A stretch of 64,000 nucleotides of DNA from Octopus vulgaris (taxonomy: Eukaryota). The stretch is taken from positions 126,480,001-126,544,000 of the forward strand of contig OX597818.1 in the NCBI GenBank assembly GCA_951406725.2. Direction: 5' to 3'. Below, in pieces: positions 58,518-64,000 of this stretch; position 1 is the first letter of the stretch; each line of letters opens with the position of its first letter. Made by a program: the position numbers and the translations under genes. Under the pieces are notes generated by a model, which was not told the origin of the DNA, did not search any database, and worked only from the letters and a program-made list of their open reading frames with translations.

Positions 58518-58571
58518 GTCGCTGATGAGGATTTAGATGGTTTGCATCAAAATCCGAAATCGCGATCCGAC
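58518..58571 (+). ncRNA. Type I hammerhead ribozyme, intact core
   Basis: gtcg-CTGATGA-ggattt agatggtttgcatca aaatcc-GAAA-tcgcga-TC-cgac. It has a G10.1-C11.1 pair and palindromic stem III atcgcgat; cleavage is predicted after C58567. Confidence 0.88.
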
Positions 58572-58949
58572 CATGTACGCAGGGAATTAACGTCACTTTG
58601 TCAGTCATTAAGTTCTGTGCTTTGTGGCGTTGGAGTTGTTTTAACTCTCATTTTTAGCAAAAGAGTTGCTAAGTCAGTACCCTCTGTCACATTTGCGACC
58701 TCTATTAATTTTACACACACACACACACGCATATATATATATGTATTCAAAAAAAGACTGGATACCCTACGATATGCGATGCAGATGTTTCACTGTGGCG
58801 GTGAAAACGTTAACTGAGGAAAGCAGCATCAAAGACGTTTATTCAACAAATTAACTACAAAAAGAGTTGTCCTAAAAGAATTACCAATTGCATAGGCTTT
58901 ACTCCAGCATCACGGCAGTATTCTGGAGATGATGACGGATGAAAGAATG

Positions 58950-59070
58950 ATTTCAAAGTTTGGCACAAGGCCAGCAATTTTAGGTGATAGGTAAGTCGAT
59001 TACATCGACCTCAGTGCTAAAATGGTTCTTATTTTATCGAATCTGAAAAAATAAAAGGTAAAGTTGTCGA
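58950..59070 (-). mobile_element. SINE family B 3' fragment
   Basis: tttggcacaaggccagcaattt...gtcgattacatcgacc...ttattttatcga. Confidence 0.65.
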
Positions 59071-59242
59071 CGACCGAATAGTAAAGTATGAGAGGATAAA
59101 AGAATAAAAATATAATTGTGTATTGCGAGTGAATTAGGTAGACAAAAACTGTGCGGAATCACAAAATTCACATGCACATATTTCTATGTATGTATAAATG
59201 CATGCACATAAGCGTATATGCATATATGTGTGTATCTCTCTT

Positions 59243-59300
<58 letters not shown>

Positions 59301-59381
59301 CACCAATATATAAATACACACACACACACACACACATATATCTATCTATCAAGTTCTTGTTACTCTTTCACTCTGTGTACG

Positions 59382-59416
<35 letters not shown>

Positions 59417-60209
59417 TGTGTGTGTGCGTGCGTGGGCGCATGCGTGTATATATGTATATATATATATATACATATAAATATATGCATATTTGTGTGTATG
59501 CATACAGACACACCCACATATATATATTCATATACATATACTCATATGTACAGAATTCCAAAAGAGTCTCTTTGCAGGGGGCCAGTCTAATCTGACGTAG
59601 GGATTTACCTTTTCGTTGTTCATTAACCAGGGGGTCTACACCCACCACTTGATGGTTTTAAGTGGCAGATCAGTACCAAATATATATATATATATATATA
59701 TAAAATAAAATAAAATCAAAAAAACCATCAATAACAATCACTATAAAAATAATAAATATACTTGTAGAAGTCAAAGTAACACAGTACAAATAATCATCTG
59801 GAAACTACTAATTGAACATGTTTTGCATTCTTTTTCATTTCTTTCATTCTTTCCTCCTCTTAACGTAAATTGTTATATTTTTGTTACTTTCCATTTCATA
59901 TTCTTCTTCAACTCTCTCGTTCTTTCTTCGCTTTTCTTCATGTCTGCTTCTTTACGCTTCTGTCCTTTTTTCAATTAACCCTTTTCAAGCAAGCAATCTT
60001 TATTAGTCTCTTACTTTTCTCTATTATATGTAAACACGCCAGCAAAGGGTTGTGTATATGTATATATATATATATATATAAGTTCAGCAAAAATTTAGAT
60101 TCAAATGAATATGGTACTTAATTTAGATACACCAGAATTCTGTATGGTGTTATCCATAAAAATCCGTGGGGTGATTATAATCAAAATAAGCAACAAGAAT
60201 GACTCCGGT

Positions 60210-60300
60210 AATTTGGTACGATCGTTTCGTACTACATCAGTTTATTTAATGTTGTAAGTATTACAACAATTTTAAAATGCTGAGCACTCATCAGCCAATT
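60210..60300 (-). ncRNA. Type I hammerhead ribozyme with 59-nt stem II
   Basis: aattgg-CTGATGA-gtgct...tgttgtaa tac ttacaaca...agtac-GAAAC-gatc-GTA-ccaaatt, with palindromic acgatcgt. Confidence 0.8.
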
Positions 60301-60454
60301 ATAGAGGTTTTCCATTAATACAAAAATTTTCATATCAAGTGGCAACATTATAGAGAAGGTAGATATATAGACAAAGATGTGGATTTAAATTTTAAGAACA
60401 TTTGAGGTAGTGGAACCCATCAACTGACTGACTAAGTTTCAGTTGTTCCAGACT

Positions 60455-60629
60455 ACCAAAGTGTAAAAATAAGCAAGACAAATGAAAATATACGAAATAA
60501 AAAACGATTACCTGTGTACTAATTAGTTTCACTTGTTAATATTCACGTATACGTACAACTAATTAGTACCTAGGTAATCGTTTTTTATTTATATATTTTC
60601 AATTGTCTTGCTTATTTTTACACTTTGGT
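60455..60629. repeat. Imperfect ~73-bp fold-back carrying the 3' half of an HHR
   Basis: Arms 60455-60528 and 60557-60629. The minus strand reads GAAAC-taatta-GTA. Confidence 0.8.
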
Positions 60630-60825
60630 TTCTTGCTGAGTTTTTTCTTGAGAACACATTCTTCGTGGAAAATATCGATTTTGACGTCTATATCTAGCAT
60701 ATAGACTGTCCACTTTAGTGGTCAGTCCTTTAAATTTTGTATGTAAAAAATATTTTTAATCTTCGGATTTTTTAAAATATGCTAGGCCACTGATTTTAAT
60801 TGATTAATATCAATTTCTACCCTTG

Positions 60826-60872
<47 letters not shown>

Positions 60873-60879
<7 letters not shown>

Positions 60880-60920
60880 TGAAGGGTGAAATATAATTAT
60901 ATTTCACCCTTCATCTGTAT
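60873..60920. repeat. Perfect 48-bp palindrome abutting (TA)n
   Basis: atacagatgaagggtgaaatataa|ttatatttcacccttcatctgtat, running into gtattgaatac (compare gtattgagtac at ~18315). Confidence 0.9.
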
Positions 60921-61419
60921 TGAATACTTTTACTCCCGTACAATAAAACTACGAAACTTCGTTTCGGTAGTACTGTTTTGTGACTCACGTGGTGAGATTT
61001 TGGAGGGAGATACGAATTCGCTTGTCTATATAAATGTGGATATGCTAGTGGACTTTTGTATCTTTCGATGTCGCTTGGTTGAATATATAAAAGCTAAGTG
61101 TTTCCTAGCATTTCTAGGTTTATGGGAAATATTACGATTCTAATCCAGAAACGGTTGTCCATAATTAATACAGTAGACTGTGTGGTTTCGTTGTTTTCCT
61201 TCTTCTTTTACCATATATGAGTTACAAATACTGTTGTTTGTGGAGACTTATTTTTGTAGTAATAGAAATGGTAGCCCTTTGACTGCTATTTCTAATATTT
61301 TCGGTATGTGGTTTAAGCAACTTGTTGCAAAAAACCCTTATTATAATTATATATATATATATATATAAGAAATATTGAATTTCTAAATCTCTCGTAGAGA
61401 CATGTACGGTGGTGGGGCG

Positions 61420-61612
61420 ATAGAATGGTTGTATACTGTCAATCTAACAAGAACGTGACAGTAGGGGTACACCACCGCTGTATAGCCCTAGGAAGCATCG
61501 AAAAATGTGTCAAAGCCATCAGGAGGCGTTCGATGCTTCCTAGGGCTATACAGCGGTGGTGTACCCCCTACTGTCACGTTCTTGTTAGATTGACAGTATA
61601 CAACCATTCTAT
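61420..61612. repeat. 83-bp fold-back with 26-nt loop, between (TA)n tracts
   Basis: Arms 61420-61502 and 61529-61612 are identical except for one indel in a G/C run. Confidence 0.9.
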
Positions 61613-61672
61613 ATATATATATATATAAATCAAAGAATGGAGTCGAACGAAGATGTTAACAACATTCCTTTA

Positions 61673-61754
61673 CTCTCGACACATGTTTCGAAGACAGCAC
61701 ATTCCTATTCCGAAGGAATAAGGGGTACATTATGCAATCTTCTCATCAGGAAAG
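61673..61754 (-). ncRNA. Type I hammerhead ribozyme with 53-nt stem II at the PLE 3' terminus
   Basis: ctttc-CTGATGA-gaagattgcat...ttattcc ttc ggaatag...gtgctgtcttc-GAAAC-atgt-GTC-gagag. Confidence 0.82.
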
Positions 61755-62271
61755 ATAAGGAGCCTCTCTCAACCTCAAGACGAACAAAAACTTCGATGAT
61801 TGCCTACATGGTGACCACAGCGATAATGAGTGTTTTTAAAAAAAAATCCGTTATAAGCATTGACGTCAAAAATGGGTAGAAGGAGGAAGTAAAAATAGGT
61901 AGGGGACAGTATGTTTGCTGTATGTAAGGAGATGTGCAGGTGTGTGATTGTGTTAATGAGTGCGAGTGTTTGTGTGTGTGTATGTGTGTGTGTATATAAC
62001 TGCATTTGTGTCTGTGTGTGTGATTGTGTGTGTGGGAGAGAGACATGCGTCAAATATACGTAGTAGTAATGGGAAAATTTGCGTCTGTGTGTTTGATTGT
62101 GTGTGTGTGAGAGAGAGAAAGATACGTCAAATATATGTAGTATCAATGGAATATATAAAGGAGAGGAAGTGAACGTTGATTGAAAGAATGTTCTGAGGTA
62201 TAGGAAAGAATTTCTATATGATAGTGGTGTGGACGTGAAGCTAATTGTTAAAACTACAGTGGTTATCTTTA

Positions 62272-63030
62272 TCATTTATATGAGTGGAAAGTGTGTTTCT
62301 GCAAATGTTTACATTTGTAGGATTTTTCTATGAGTGTGTTTACTAGGGGAACCTTAGCGAAAAGAATATGGAAGAGCTCAGAGTTACAAATGTTACAAAA
62401 ACTTCTGCCCTTATCAAAAGGAAAGGATACAGACAATATAAACCAATCCAACTTGAAAATTATATTGTTGTCTTTAAGACGCCAAACTAATTTACTTAGC
62501 CCTGTACTAAGCCGTTTTTTCCTATCTCTGAATGTCGAATAGTGATTGGAAATTCTCTTGGATAACTGAGAAGTGGTAGCACCTATATAGAAGACATCGG
62601 TACCGGAAGAAATTCTACACTGGTAAATGGAATTCTTAATTTTGGAATTACTGGACAAAAATTTTAATCTGTTAGGGTTTTCCTCCGAGATCGAGACGGA
62701 GTTTTTATCGTTATGATTGTTGTTTTTATTATTACTAACGCTAACAACTACACTATTTCTATTATTACTATTATTATTATTATTATTATTATTAATTGTA
62801 CTATAACCAGCAATATCACCGACAATAGTACCGTTATTGTTGTTATCATCAACACTACCATTGTTATTAACCCGACTAATACTATTATTAATATTATCAT
62901 TATTAACACTATCATTGCTACTAATGCTGGTACTATTAATACTATTTCTATTATTATGATTGTATGATGGGTTGGAATCGGTGAGATTAGTGTGAAGAAT
63001 TTTTGTTTGATTAGTGTGAAGAATTTTTGT
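62272..63030 (-). CDS. Open frame: Asn-rich linker plus GIY-YIG endonuclease of the PLE (pseudogene fragment)
   Basis: SIYQCRI...FYIGATT...KRISNHYSTF...TGLSKLVWRLK...W...CNICNSE...VN...CKH. The frame has no stop from 63030 to 62272. Confidence 0.8.
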   Translation of the reverse strand, partial: TKILHTNQTKILHTNLTDSNPSYNHNNRNSINSTSISSNDSVNNDNINNSISRVNNNGSVDDNNNNGTIVGDIAGYSTINNNNNNNNSNNRNSVVVSVSNNKNNNHNDKNSVSISEENPNRLKFLSSNSKIKNSIYQCRISSGTDVFYIGATTSQLSKRISNHYSTFRDRKKRLSTGLSKLVWRLKDNNIIFKLDWFILSVSFPFDKGRSFCNICNSELFHILFAKVPLVNTLIEKSYKCKHLQKHTFHSYK

Positions 63031-63629
63031 TTAGCAGCTTGTTATTATGGGAAGAAATAATTTGTGAAAGATTCCTAGGGTTAGAGAATGCAATTCTTAC
63101 CTTGTGTGAATTGATAATAGAATGATATCTAGAATTACTGGGGAAGTTTCTAGCAACGGCTTCTCGGAACTGTAAGGGAAGGTTCGATTTGATTTGTTTT
63201 CCGAAAGGTATTACAAACCAGATACAGTTTTTTGTGGACTTTAAATTGTTCGTTGTGCTATTTGTGACAGTAAGGGGAAAATTTCTGTGTTGGAAATTTG
63301 GGGTTGGATCGCGCTTACCTCCCCTAGTCCGTAAAGGATTTATCTAATAATGACAGCACCCCTGTACGTAAGATAAATATACGACACAAATGTCTCTATA
63401 TTTATTTTGGACTTTACACATCAAGTCTGTGTCTATGTGAGTATGCATGTATGTATATACATACCTAACTACCAATATATATATATACGGACACACACAC
63501 ACACGCATACGCATGTATGTATGTACAAGTATACAGATGTATATATATATGTATCTATGTAAATGTGTGTACGCGCGTGCGTGCGTGCGTGCATGCGTGT
63601 GTGCGTGTATGTGTGTGTACGTGTGTGTG

Positions 63630-63661
<32 letters not shown>

Positions 63662-64000
63662 TGTATGTGTGTGTACGTGTGTGCGTGTAAACGCGCTCTC
63701 AGTTACATGCATACACACACATACATAAAGTAAAATAACATCAGTCATTTTAATTAATGTGGACCCAGAATGTCGTATTTCTCTCGTGATTAACCGTTGG
63801 TTTAATGCCGCGTGGATATTTATTACTTCGTATTTACCTTGGCGTCTCTCTATTAAAAAAAAATGTATATGACAAGATTAATTTTGACCGCTAAAATTGG
63901 AATATATGGTTGACCGCCATACGGTCTAGAGGTGGGCCTTGGTTGCCAGGTTTAATATATGGCATTGCGAAGTGACTGTTTAGATATTGTCAAATTGATT

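Larger units (their letters stand above)
57879..58712. mobile_element. Retrozyme-like element: two oppositely oriented ~1.2-1.3-mer arrays of a 313-336 bp HHR-containing unit
   Basis: In the minus array (57879-58272) ttattagcaattag repeats at a 313-bp spacing. In the plus array (58273-58712) ttaactct.atttttagcaaaaga repeats at a 336-bp spacing. Each unit has one HHR, and there is no ORF. Confidence 0.8.
61627..63345 (-). mobile_element. 5'-truncated Penelope-like element, Naiad-type
   Basis: Linker peptides KNCIWFVIPFG...RNFP..SRYHSIINSHKVRIAFSNPRNLSQIISSHNNKLL (frameshifted), a GIY-YIG domain and a 3' terminal HHR. It ends at (TA)n. Confidence 0.85.

Noticed and set aside
61111-61165. ttatg...GAAAC-ggtt-GTC-cataa hammerhead-like arrangement
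   Set aside because: The 5' core is unrecognisable (GGAAATA), so I did not count it.

Overview
This is eukaryotic, AT-rich, gene-poor DNA. The dense (TA)n/(CA)n/(TACA)n/(TAA)n microsatellites and the tRNA-headed SINE families suggest an octopus or other coleoid cephalopod genome (inference). I found no host protein-coding exon I can support, and almost all ORF-track entries are microsatellite artefacts. Recognisable mobile elements are decayed Tc1/mariner/maT transposons, a MITE, a non-autonomous Helitron, an RTE LINE fragment, two R4/Dong-type LINE 3' ends sitting in TAA/TAG repeats, two Penelope-like elements (PLEs) with GIY-YIG endonuclease remnants and many SINEs. The main hidden signal is RNA-level: about 20 type I hammerhead ribozyme (HHR) motifs, about 10 with an intact CUGANGA...GAAA...NUH core. 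They occur in three settings: (a) short PLE-terminal fragments next to (TA)n tracts, several of which are near-perfect fold-back inverted repeats; (b) a group with an unusually long 42-60 nt stem II; (c) a ~313-336 bp tandem-unit, retrozyme-like element present as two oppositely oriented arrays at 57.9-58.7 kb. All structures were paired by eye, and self-cleavage is untested.
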